NCBI GenBank assembly: GCA_963782115.1
Contig: CAWAIK010000005.1
Span: forward strand, 32,001-96,000
Reading direction: 5' to 3'
Length of the DNA stretch: 64,000 nucleotides
Source of the DNA: an uncultured Verrucomicrobiae bacterium
GTDB taxonomy: Bacteria; Verrucomicrobiota; Verrucomicrobiia; Chthoniobacterales; JAFAMB01
Shown here: one piece after another, positions 20,239 through 30,204 of the stretch
Position numbering within the stretch: position 1 is the first letter of the stretch
Layout: every line of letters starts with the position of its first letter
Made by a program: the position numbers and the translations under genes
The notes under the pieces: generated by a model
The model's input: only the letters and a program-made list of their open reading frames with translations
What the model was told of the DNA's origin: nothing
Database searches by the model: none

Positions 20239-21481
20239 CCAAGGGAATCGTGTGGGGAACCAGATATATCGCGACACAACGAAACAGCCCGTCCAAGGAC
20301 AACAAGAAAACCTGAACGGGCTGACATTCGACGAAGGTAAGCTGGGTTTAACAGCTTCCGTAGTTGGGCGATCTGTCATCCAAACTTCGCAGCCTAAGCG
20401 AAAGTTGGTCGTTGTTGTTCTTCCGCTTTCTGAATCGAGACGAGATGCTGGTCGGTGCGTGGATGACAGCGTTCACCAGGTTGAATGGAGAAGTGTTGTG
20501 CTCAATGCGGTCAACTAAAGCCAATCGCCGAATTCCGTCGGGATGCGCCAGTTGGCGACGGGCTGCAAGCGCGTTGTAAGAATGGTCACACTTCCGACAG
20601 TCGCACCCGCAAGCTGACCGAAGCCGGGTCGGGCATCGAACAGGCTGACTCGCGTTCGAATTACTAAGCGAGCGAAGAGATCTGTTTTTGATGGTCTGGC
20701 ATCGGAGCTTTTCAAGCCAAAGATCGATCGTGTCTTCGTTGGAATGGATGAATACGCAGCGGGCCCATGATTACATGGGCGCCCATGATTACATCGGCAC
20801 AAATGCCCAGATCGACAGGATCATCGTCGCGTTGGACGGAGCGAATGCAGGCCAGGAAAAATAGTGCTGCCCCTCTTTCGAGGTAGTCGATAAACGCTCT
20901 TTTGGCCGATAGCCCACACTAACTTGGAGTGCGCCGGCAAACTGTCGTCATGCCGCGGGTCGATGGATGTCAAGGTTTTCAACCACGCGTCAAATTGATC
21001 CTCATCGTTTGTCGCCGAAGACTGGCCGGCCCAGAGGTCGCTTTCGCGAGGATCTCGGCCGAAGTAACCTGTTATCAGCTGGCGAATACAAGAAAAAATG
21101 TTGAGGATTCGGACATGACTCTGGCGTTTTGCGCACTTTCGTCTCGTCACCCCTTACCACCATAAAACCGACGCAGACCGCCTCCACATGGGTCCCCATC
21201 GCTGCCAGGGACAAATCGGGCACCGGAAGCATCGGAGGAGCAACCGCAAACATTGCCCCTCCCTGCGCCAAGGTGGGAGTCCAGGCCCTTCGAACCTGCA
21301 TGAGTCCGGTAAGCGCAGCAAAGACCGTCATCAACGCCACGAGGAACAGGCTGAAATCTTTTAACCCCTTTGGCTTCGGGCAAAAAAGCGCGTTGACCCG
21401 CTCCACTCGTACGAAGTAGAATCGATGTAAGTTTAGCCCGCCTCCGGCCAGACGTGAGCGAATACAAAGACCTCGCTAGGT

Positions 21482-22426
21482 ATGAATGGTGACAAGAAAC
21501 CGGCGATGCGCAGAATTATCTGGAGTCATAGACAGAAGGTCCGGAGCTTTAGCGCATGGTTCCTGGTTCTGTTGCTGAGCTTGGCGTACCTCCAATCGTC
21601 CCGTGCAGGCTCTGCCTCGGACACTTTTGGCGACAGCTTGGATCCACTGTCGGCCCTCGGAGATTATTTCGGTGATTGGTTTAAGCGGGTCGATGAGACA
21701 CAGGCGGTACAACCGCACTGGAAGCCGCCTCTCTTTACGACCTCGCCGCTCCTCACCCAACTATACAAATACGATCAATATTGGCAGCATCTTTCTAACG
21801 GTGGCGGAAATGTGAAAGTCTTCGACGCTGGAAAGGGATTGGAATTGATTCCGGCAAAGACGATCGAGTTGATTTTTGGGCTTCCGCCTTATGAACAACG
21901 ATCCGGAAAAAATCCGGCCCAGGGTTTTGGCGACTGGCCCTTTCTGCTGATCAAAAATCGTTTTTCGAGCGCTAACGAAGAAAATGGCAACTATATCTTG
22001 ACCGGCCTCCTCGCCTTTAGCGCGCCAACCGGATCCCGCGCGTTTACTACCCATAATTTCGCCATAACGCCATCTATTGCCGCCGGAAAAGGCTGGGGGG
22101 ACTTCGACGTGCAGTTGACTTTCGGTGATATCCTCCCGACTGGAGATTTTCATAAGCTCGGCACACCGCTTCTAACTAACGTCGCTTTCCAATATAAGGT
22201 GCTCAAACTGTTATGGCCCCAAGTCGAAGTGAATTACACCTATTGGCCAAACGGACCAAATAGGGGGAAGAACCAGGTCTTCCTTTTACCGGGAGTCGTG
22301 CTTGGGCCTATCCCGCTGTACGGGCGACTAACGTGGAGCGTGGGAGCGGGCTACCAATTTGCCATCAGCCACGCTCATCCACAATACGTGAACAACTGGA
22401 TCTTTGACTTCCGAATTAATTTTTGA
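21482..22426 (+). CDS. Putative outer-membrane beta-barrel/transporter-like protein
   Basis: Signal-like N-terminus, alternating aromatic/hydrophobic strands, and a C-terminal FDFRINF with terminal Phe. Confidence 0.7.
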   Translation: MNGDKKPAMRRIIWSHRQKVRSFSAWFLVLLLSLAYLQSSRAGSASDTFGDSLDPLSALGDYFGDWFKRVDETQAVQPHWKPPLFTTSPLLTQLYKYDQYWQHLSNGGGNVKVFDAGKGLELIPAKTIELIFGLPPYEQRSGKNPAQGFGDWPFLLIKNRFSSANEENGNYILTGLLAFSAPTGSRAFTTHNFAITPSIAAGKGWGDFDVQLTFGDILPTGDFHKLGTPLLTNVAFQYKVLKLLWPQVEVNYTYWPNGPNRGKNQVFLLPGVVLGPIPLYGRLTWSVGAGYQFAISHAHPQYVNNWIFDFRINF

Positions 22427-22699
22427 GAGCGCGATCGGCTTGCGTTCATCCCGTGGTTCCCGCTGGCGTCAGGCAAGGTTGCGAACATGCTCCTGGAAAG
22501 GGTTGCGAAGAATCACCAAAAAACGCCGAAGCAGGTTGCCCTTTGTTTGGCAAGCTTGATTGAATCATCGGCAAATCCCCGGGTGGCAGCGGCGCCGGTT
22601 CGCTATTCCAAGATTTAACCGTAGGTAGTTGGAGTAAGATCGCAGCGGATGCGGTTAACAAATAATCGCACTTTTTGATCCCCTATCAGTTTCACTGAT

Positions 22700-22891
22700 G
22701 TATCTGTTTAGCGTCATGTCCCAATCGTCCTCGTCGTCGTCCTTCGTCCTCGTCCATTTTTCAGGTGGCACGAGCGGAACTTCCGCCGCTTGCTTTCTCC
22801 ATTCATCCCTCTTCCATCCTGGCAAACTGCCTCGATCCCAAACCGAGAACGAAGGACGAGGACGAGGACGATTGGGGCGCTCAACACATAC
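22700..22891. mobile_element. MITE with GTAT...ATAC ends and 8-bp target duplication (IS66-like ends)
   Basis: IRs GTATCTGTTTAGCG / CGCTCAACACATAC; internal TCGTCC and GGACGA arrays; TCACTGAT duplicated at 22692-22699 and 22892-22899. Confidence 0.85.
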
Positions 22892-23473
22892 TCACTGATA
22901 GGAAGAGGCAGGCGTGTCGAGTTAACCCAAATAGGCCCCGCCACCAATGGAACGATCACATGTAGTTTTCCATTGCCATTAACTAATCGAGTGCCTTCAT
23001 GAATGAAATGAAGGGCCCTTTTCTTTTGCCAACTCGGCTAACAACGCAGCGCTAGCCAAAGCACGGGACATTTATCTCTCGCTCGGGGCAAAGCCGCTGG
23101 CAAGTGACCAGGCTGAAGTTACAAACCACACTCTCAGACGTTCGTCTGAACTGAAGTCAGAAAATGTCGGCTTCTTGATGCTGTATTCGGTATCGCGACC
23201 GAGCCGCTCTCGCCTGCTTGCCAGAGCTGCCTCTATCCCCTCAGGTCGAAGCCCCTTCGGCCGCCGTGCACTGAGTTGGCCTGCCGCCGAATCAGTGGGC
23301 TTGAGGAGCACGGCCGAACCACCTCGATTTAACGCGAAGATCATCACAAGGGGTCAGCCCGAAGCCCATAGCCCGTAGGAGCTAAATATAAGCCCTCTTC
23401 TGAAGGATAGAATGTTTGCATCTCTATGATAGTTTGCAGTGAACCAGTATCATCGAGAATGTGAGGTAAGGTT

Positions 23474-23671
23474 ATGAGCGAATCAGATTACTATGCCGGC
23501 GAATTTAACGATCGAGAAATAGACACGGTAGCCGATGCCGGCGACTTTTACCTGGATCGCTCGGGCTTTTTCTTGATGCCGACTCAAGAGGAGATGCGTA
23601 AGCTGGTGGACGAGGGCATCGTAATGCTCACTTGCGAATTGCTTTCGAAGCAATTGGAGAAAGGCAAATAG
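23474..23671 (+). CDS. Small acidic hypothetical protein
   Basis: 65-aa ORF with GAGGT RBS; no family recognised. Confidence 0.45.
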   Translation: MSESDYYAGEFNDREIDTVADAGDFYLDRSGFFLMPTQEEMRKLVDEGIVMLTCELLSKQLEKGK

Positions 23672-23680
23672 CAACCAATA

Positions 23681-23766
23681 CGGGGTTTTTGCCCGGCCTA
23701 GGAAATAACAAAACACCGGATGATAGCCCGGTCGGTGTGAGACCGAAAGGCCGGACACAAGCCCCG
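23681..23766. other. Candidate structured RNA or DNA hairpin element
   Basis: 19-bp imperfect stem (23681-23699 with 23748-23766) enclosing two small hairpins. Confidence 0.4.
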
Positions 23767-23899
23767 AACAACGAAAAACGAGGCGAATTTATGTTAGTGA
23801 AGAGACGATTGGGGTCTCTGAGACAGGGTATAACAAAGGGAACGGACATAACCATAAAAGGTTTTCAAAAGCATTCCACTAGAGACGACACCCAGAAAG

Positions 23900-26535
23900 C
23901 CAATCAATCCTCTTCAATCGGTCTAATCATTCGCCAGAAGGAGCCAAAGGTGTTGGAGACTCCCCTGGATCGGGTTGACTCGTTTCTGACTCCGACGGAG
24001 CTGTTCTACGTACGCAGTCACTCCCCGGCCCCGAAACTAGAGCTGGCTTCTTACCGGCTACACATCGATGGCGCGGTCAGGAGGCCGTATTCACTAACCT
24101 ACAAGGAATTGCGAGACATGCCGGCCGAGACGCGCGTCGCCCCTCTTGGAGTGCGCAGGCAATGGTCGGGTCTTCCTTGTTCCCCAGACCCAAGGAGCAC
24201 AGTGGGAACTCGGCGCAGTCGGCAATGCAGAATGGACCGGGGTCCCTCTGAGCGCTTTGCTGGAGCACGCCGGTTTGGTAGAAGACGCTTGCGAGATCGT
24301 GCTCGAAGGACCTGATCGCGGAGTACCGAAGGGAAGGGGCGATACCTCCCGGTCCGATCTCCTATGCCCGTAGTGTGCCTCGAGCAAAAGTACTTCGACG
24401 CGAAGTACTGATCGCTTACCAGATGAACGGCCATGATCCCTTTGAGGCCTACGTGCGAGCACGGTGGGCGGATTTGAGCCGCTCGGAAACCTACGGGATT
24501 GGTAAACGGCTGCGCGAAGAAATTGAGTCGGTCTTCGCGGTGAAGCTTTGCCAAGAAACGCTGCGGCCTTTGATCGGGCAGTTAAAGCGCCAGCCTGTGG
24601 TAGGCACCCACGGAGCCGAGCAAGCAGCGACTGGGTCGCCAAAGGAGTCTGGGGCCGAGCCAACAACCGCAGACGGTCTCCAGCAGTCTGGGCAAAATGC
24701 TCCTGAAAATCAAAGGGTTAGCTCGCAAAGCGAGGAGATTACTTGCGGTTGTTGTCCGGCACTGCAAGCAGCGCCGCAGACGGTGTGGTGTGATCACGCT
24801 GGGGTGCTGGTCTTTGCGCCGAGCTTGCTGGCCATCGCGCAGGTGCTCGATCCGCCGGAGGCACGCTTCACACAATGGCTGGCCAGTTTGCTGTTGGGCG
24901 CGCTCAATATCGAACAGACCAAGTTCCTGAACTGGCAAGACATGGCGCAGCTCTTGGGCTCGGTGGTGCGCTTTCCGCACCCCCAGCGCCAGGAATTGGA
25001 ACGGCTGGCGACGCAGGCGAGCTTTCAAAGGCTGGCCTGCTTCAATGCCCGGTGCTTGGGAGCCGGCGAGCAGAGCGACTTCTACTTCGATCCGCATACC
25101 AAGCAGTACACCGGCCAGGAGAATGTGCTCCAAGGATGGTGTCCGGCTATTCGGGGAGCGGACAAGGCGATGCACAGCGATTTTATCCACACGGCAGCCG
25201 GAGAACCGCTTTACTTTGAGACGAGCGATAACTTTTCCGATCTGCGTCAGCGCTTTTTCGAGCTCGTGGAGCGTTGTCGCCAAGTGTTGGAGTGGCCCCA
25301 GGAGCGGGCGATGAGCTGGGTAGCAGACCGAGGTATTTTCGGGCAGGAAGTCTTCGAGAAGGTGCTCTGCGATGAGAGGATGCATCTGATCACCTGGGAG
25401 AAAGGTTATCAGGCGCAGAGTTGGCCGCCCGCAGAGGGAGTGAGCGGCTCGATGGTGATCGAGAGGACGCGTAATCGCGCCGATGACATCCGTTCTTATC
25501 ATCTGCAATATTGGGACCGGCGCTGGCCCAAAGACGAGCGGCTGCGCCAGATCGTGGTGCAAGCGACCAACCCCAGTGGCCACTCAATTCAAGTGGCGGT
25601 TTTGACCGACGACATCCAGCGCGAGCCAAGCGAGATTCTCCGGTTGATATTCTGCCGCTGGGTCCAGGAGAACGATTTCAAGTATCTGGACAAGCATTTT
25701 GGCATCAACCAGATCACCAGCTACGGAGTCGTCGGCTACGAGGAGTTAGCCGAGCATGTAGAGGATCGACAGGTGCGCAGCGCTGAAGCCAAAGCCCTAG
25801 GGGAGCAACGCCGCCAGCTTCGGGCTGGGCAAGGGCGGCTGTTATTGCTCCAGGCCCGCAGCGAGCACGCAGCCACACTGCGCCACAAACGCATAGAAGA
25901 ACTCGAACAGGGGCCTGTTGCCGATCAGACCAATAAGGAATTGAGTCGCTTGCGCAAGGCGCAAATCCGCTGGCAAAGCGACAAGCCGGAGCGCCAGCAA
26001 CAGATTGAGGCTCTAAGCCGGGAACTGGCCGAATTGGAAGTTAGGGCCGAGACGGTGCAAAAGACCGAGTCACGCCTGGAACGTCTGATCGAGGAGCAGA
26101 TGGTGCGGCTGGATCCGGACAAGAAGCGCTTGATGGACAACTTTCGAGTGATCGCCCGCAACGTGTTCTACGCGGCGCTGGGACCTTTCAAGAAGGCCTA
26201 TAACAATTACCGCGACGATCATGATCAGTTCCGACAGTTGACGCAGTGCAGCGGGGTATTGGAAGTTGCAGCAGAGCAGATCGTGGTGCATCTGATGCCG
26301 CGGGTAAACTACCCTCCACGAGTGCGGCGAATCATCACCAAGCTGTTGGCAGAACTCAATGCCAAAGAACCGGTGTTCCCCGACGGCAGCGGGCGACGAT
26401 TCAGGTTGCGTCTGGCCAGCCGCAGCGAGCTGCGGCTCTCCATCGCCAGGACTCCCAAGATCATGGATACCCGGTACGCGCGATTGTGCCGGGTCATTAC
26501 GCAATGGCTTCCGTCAAATGGCTGACACGGATCTA
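23900..26535 (+). pseudogene. Sulfite-oxidase-like molybdopterin oxidoreductase, frameshifted, split and truncated
   Basis: FYVRSH, ECAGNGR, GNAEWTGVPL and IAYQMNG up to about 24440; resumes at about 26455 with HGYPVRAIVPGHYAMASVKWLTRI; then cut by a MITE end. Confidence 0.88.
24440..26452 (+). mobile_element. Large DDE-like transposase fragment with a coiled-coil insert
   Basis: FYFDPHTKQYTG, VADRG and RWVQENDFKY acidic motifs; no start, stop or terminal IR of its own was recognised. Confidence 0.7.
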
Positions 26536-26567
26536 CGCCATCACCATTATGCGAGACGGTGCATTAG
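26535..26567 (+). mobile_element. Right end of a MITE (family of 36782..37061)
   Basis: ACGCCATCACCATTATGCGAGACGGTGCATTAG matches 37027-37061. Confidence 0.8.
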
Positions 26568-26607
26568 AAGGAGGAGAACGCCCCTTAAGCTTAAGACGCT
26601 GTTGGAG

Positions 26608-27084
26608 TTAACGTGCCTGTCGGCCTGTCGGGTTCAACGTGCCGTTACTATTGCGGAGCAAACCGTCAATGGATAAGGCGCCGGCGCCCCGGATCAGTAC
26701 GGCTACAGCAAGACCGATCGCAAGCAGATGATACTCAAATCCCTCGCCTTTCTGCTGACCGAACCAGTTCATATAAAAGCCAAACTGCACGTGCACCATC
26801 GCAACGGCGCCAGCCATCAGCAATATGATCGCTCCACTCGCAACTCGCGCAAACACCCCGCAGATCAAAGCGAGAGAGCCGAGAAATTCACTGAGAATGA
26901 CGAAGAGCCCCAGCGCAACAGGCATCCCCATTTTGGAAAAGGTTCCCAGGGTCTCCGCGAAACCGTAGCCGCCGAACCAACCCAACGCTTTCTGGGCGCC
27001 GTGCGCGAAGAAGATGAGTCCCAGGGTGAGCCGAATAATCGTGAGGACCGGGTCATTGGTAGTCTGCAACAAACGTTTAATCAT
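26608..27084 (-). CDS. DoxX family membrane protein
   Basis: IIRLTLGLIFFAHGAQK, GEGFEYHLL and GAGALSID motifs. Confidence 0.92.
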   Translation of the reverse strand: MIKRLLQTTNDPVLTIIRLTLGLIFFAHGAQKALGWFGGYGFAETLGTFSKMGMPVALGLFVILSEFLGSLALICGVFARVASGAIILLMAGAVAMVHVQFGFYMNWFGQQKGEGFEYHLLAIGLAVAVLIRGAGALSIDGLLRNSNGTLNPTGRQAR

Positions 27085-27117
27085 AGCAACAATACTTTGA
27101 CTTCAAGTATCTTTATG

Positions 27118-27213
27118 TCAAGATATTTTGCACAACTCGCAGTCAATGCACTGATCATCGAAGTAAAACTTTCCGGATACGTTTTCCGCGCATTTATTCG
27201 CACTGTCGGCCAT
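27118..27213 (-). pseudogene. Truncated ferredoxin
   Basis: Manual translation gives MADSANKCAENVSGKFYFDDQCIDCELCKIS*, with CxxCxxC; the distal CP motif is lost. Confidence 0.75.
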
Positions 27214-28143
27214 AGATTCTCTTTCGTTAGTCTTCCCGAAGAACGTTTGGAATTGGGACGAGAATCCGCGCCCGCAGCGGTTCAATCTTAGGCTGGACTG
27301 GCGTCGTCGAAGAACGAATCGATCTCCCGGTCAGGTAGGGGCCCGAGTGCTCCGAGCGCTTGTTAGCCCTCGTCGATGATATACCTCTTGGCGTACTGTT
27401 TTAATACATGATCCAGGTCCTCTTGTTCCCAAACGTCACCCCGGTTTGGCGATCGATATAAACGACGCCAACTGCATCGGTTAAAGTTGGACAGGTTGCG
27501 GGACGAAAATTTGCAGCGCGGGTTGTAGGGACGGCCGGGGCGATCAACCCGACGGCCAAAAAGATTGTTGACTGAGCTGGAAGTGCCCAACAAAACAGGT
27601 GAGCTCTTCCCGGGTGCGGCAGCGGAGCGCAGGGGGGCCATCTCAGGGAGAAACCCAAGCTCGGATAACTCCTGATAAATGCGCTTCTCGTCACTTTACT
27701 CCCGGTTTGTCGGCTACTGGGAAGCAGTCGCCACATGCTCCGAAATCCCAGCCCGTCGGGTGGGAGGGCATAGTTGCTCCTCCATGGCAGGAGCAACGCC
27801 GTGGAGCAACGCCCGGGGTGGAAAGGACGGGCGCGAAAAAGGGGCTGCCGATTAGCAGGCTCCTCAAGCAAGGTCGAAAGCTAGGCTATCTGTTTAGCGC
27901 GGTGTAGGACCTCTCCCAATCGTCCGAACTGTGAATAAATTTGTAAAAAACGTTAACGGACCACCTCAGATGTCTCGATCTTTGAACGTTGTCGGCAATC
28001 GGCGCGTTTCCCCCGTCCATAGAAGTCGAGAACGACGACGATTACGATTTCAGAACAAGAGGACGAGTGGGGATTAAGGGGCGTTTCATTCGTTGCTGAT
28101 CGAGATTTAGACAATGCAGGCCCACGTGCCTCCGATGGCTCTC

Positions 28144-28391
28144 AAAGACAGTGACTCTTTGTGATCTTTGCGATCTTCTGTTCAAAAATGACTTTTGCTT
28201 TTTTTCTGTCTTAGTGCCGGGAGAACGAAGAAAAATCATTTGCACAGAAGATCACAAAGGTCACAAAGACAATCCTTTCGATAGAAACGGCCTACGCCCG
28301 GAGCCACATCTATGCCCCCGATCAGTGCCAAAGGCCCAGTAAATCCCGAAACAGGAAACTATGCGGATGAGCATGGAAGAGTTCGGCGATC
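28144..28391 (+). repeat. 248-bp inverted duplicate, copy 1 (palindromic repeat plus IS110 fragment)
   Basis: Near-identical reverse complement of 33662-33909. Confidence 0.9.
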
Positions 28392-28601
28392 CTCAGGGTC
28401 TACCGTTTCTTCACCGGCTGGCCATTCTGGGCCACCGCGGCCTTCACGAGCGCCTTGAACGCGCCCGCGTCGACCGGATATCGATCGCCCTTCGCGCGTT
28501 GCCTTCCAAACTGGAATTGAAGAGGCGCGATGGGGTCTGGGATCCTGGCACGCTATGCAACTCTGTAAACGGGGCCTAGCTTCGAATTGTGCCGGCAGAC
28601 T

Positions 28602-29009
28602 TCAATCTATCCGCGCCAATACCTGCTCCAAGGCCGCAAAGAACTGCTGCCACCCGCCCTTGGCGCCCTGGTAGGCCTGCTGCTGATCCGGCCTGAACCC
28701 CGACTGCTCCATGCGCAGGTGGGTCCCCGTGCTCGTTGGGGAGAGAGTCCAAGTGACGACACTCTCGAGACCATAGGCCGCCCACGTGTAAGACAGCCTT
28801 TTGTTCGGCTCGACTGCCAGGACCTGACAGTCGACAACGCCCCAGTCTGCGCGAAGATTAAAACGGTGACCCACCAGCGGCTGGAAATCATTCTTCATCA
28901 GCCACTCCTCTATCAGGGGGCTTTGCGTGAGCGCACGCCAGATTTTTTCCGGGGGATGCGGCATCTCCCGTTCGACGACAAGGGAACGCGTGGTGTCTGG
29001 TTCAATCAT
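28602..29009 (-). CDS. SRPBCC/AHSA1-like protein
   Basis: PPEKIWRALT, VEPNKRLSYTW and GTHLRMEQSGF; overlaps the ArsR stop codon. Confidence 0.92.
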   Translation of the reverse strand: MIEPDTTRSLVVEREMPHPPEKIWRALTQSPLIEEWLMKNDFQPLVGHRFNLRADWGVVDCQVLAVEPNKRLSYTWAAYGLESVVTWTLSPTSTGTHLRMEQSGFRPDQQQAYQGAKGGWQQFFAALEQVLARID

Positions 29010-29329
29010 TGATCCATCCTTTTCAACAAAGAGTCGAGGCGGTCAAACCGTTCGCGCCAGAAGGCACCATAGAGGCTCATCCAGTCGATCAGGGGCGCTA
29101 GGGCTTGCGGTTGTGCGCGGTAGTGCGCCTCGCGTCCCTCGCGCCGGTCGCGCACCAGCTTGGCGTGCTTTAGAACGCCCAAATGCTTCGAAACTGCCGG
29201 TTGCGATACTCCAGCGCGATCAGTCAAGGCGTGAACTGTTTGTTCCCCATCGCGGGCCAAGCGCTCGAAGAGAGCCCGCCGCGTTGGGTCAGCAAGAGCC
29301 TTGAAGACATAGTCCACCACAGCTTGCAT
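29006..29329 (-). CDS. ArsR/SmtB family regulator
   Basis: FKALADPTRR and SQPAVSKHL helix-turn-helix. Confidence 0.93.
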   Translation of the reverse strand: MQAVVDYVFKALADPTRRALFERLARDGEQTVHALTDRAGVSQPAVSKHLGVLKHAKLVRDRREGREAHYRAQPQALAPLIDWMSLYGAFWRERFDRLDSLLKRMDQ

Positions 29330-29365
29330 TCCAAAATGCATAACCATACGGTGATGGATTGTCAA
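29330..29365 (-). promoter_or_regulatory. Probable promoter and ArsR operator, possibly a leaderless transcript
   Basis: TTGACA-17 nt-TATGCA-7 nt-ATG; imperfect palindrome CATCACC-GTAT-GGTTATG overlapping the spacer and -10. Confidence 0.5.
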
Positions 29366-29504
29366 CATCTTGAGCCAACTACTAGGCAGATTCGTGTAAT
29401 TTTATACGCGAAGGAACCGTCATTCCATATCCATATTTCGACGCTGAGACGTGGCCAAGGAATCTACCCGCCGCAGTGATGCCCAGCGCCAGTGCGGCAC
29501 CACA

Positions 29505-30130
29505 GTCCAGGCCCTCGTGATTATGGGACAGAGCTCTTCAGTCGAGAAAAGGTTTATCATGACCCCGCCATCCCCTGGAAAGAGACCAAAATCTTTCATG
29601 GTTCTCGACACCGCAGGATTCGCTTCAAGGAAGTCAGCCAACTGCTCTGGCAACGCGGAGGTGGCCGACGGCTTTTGCGGCTCTTGGTCCTCGCGCCCAC
29701 CCCCTATCGCAAGACCAAAGAGGGACAGTTCTATTACCGGCAAAAGGCCTACCTGTTGTGCGACGACAACCAGTTGGCGGCCAAAGAACTTTTGCAAGCC
29801 TACTTCGATCGTTGGCAAATTGAAATCAACCATCGCGACGAAAAAAGCATCCTTGGAGTGGGTCAGGCACAGATCTGGGCCGATTTGAGCGCACCGCGTG
29901 TTCCGGCTTTGATGGTCGCGACCTACAGCTTAATGCTCCTGAGCGTCTTAGAGACCTACGGACCAACGCGCACCAATGACTATGAACTCCTACCCAAGTG
30001 GCGCGACGCCGCCAGGCGTGCGTCCTGCCAAGACGCGGCAACACTCCTGCGTAAACAGATTGAGGCCCGCCAAGGCACGCCCACAAACGTCGTCGGCTAC
30101 CCCTCGATGGTTCAAACCGCTGCGGCCTGA
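29505..30130 (+). pseudogene. 3' fragment of an IS701/IS4-like (DDE_5) transposase
   Basis: Closely similar to the C-terminal part of 30205..31578 (YFDRWQIEINHRDEK). The element's right end continues at 32592-32641 (GATGTCCAAACTGGAG). Confidence 0.9.
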
Positions 30131-30204
30131 AAGGCTCTGCAGTTTGGACATTTGCAACGGCTCCTGACGGCTCCTGACAGCGTCTGATCGGCTGAGATAG
30201 CCGT

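Noticed and set aside
20485..20667. Zinc-finger/endonuclease VII-like mini-protein (CAQC...RCK)
   Set aside because: Too short and incomplete to support a call.
23681..23766. Hammerhead ribozyme or Moco riboswitch
   Set aside because: It lacks the CUGANGA core and the Moco consensus as I recall it; kept only as an unclassified candidate.
24375..26525. 716-aa ORF as a single real gene
   Set aside because: It is a chimera of oxidoreductase sequence, a transposase fragment and an out-of-frame tail.
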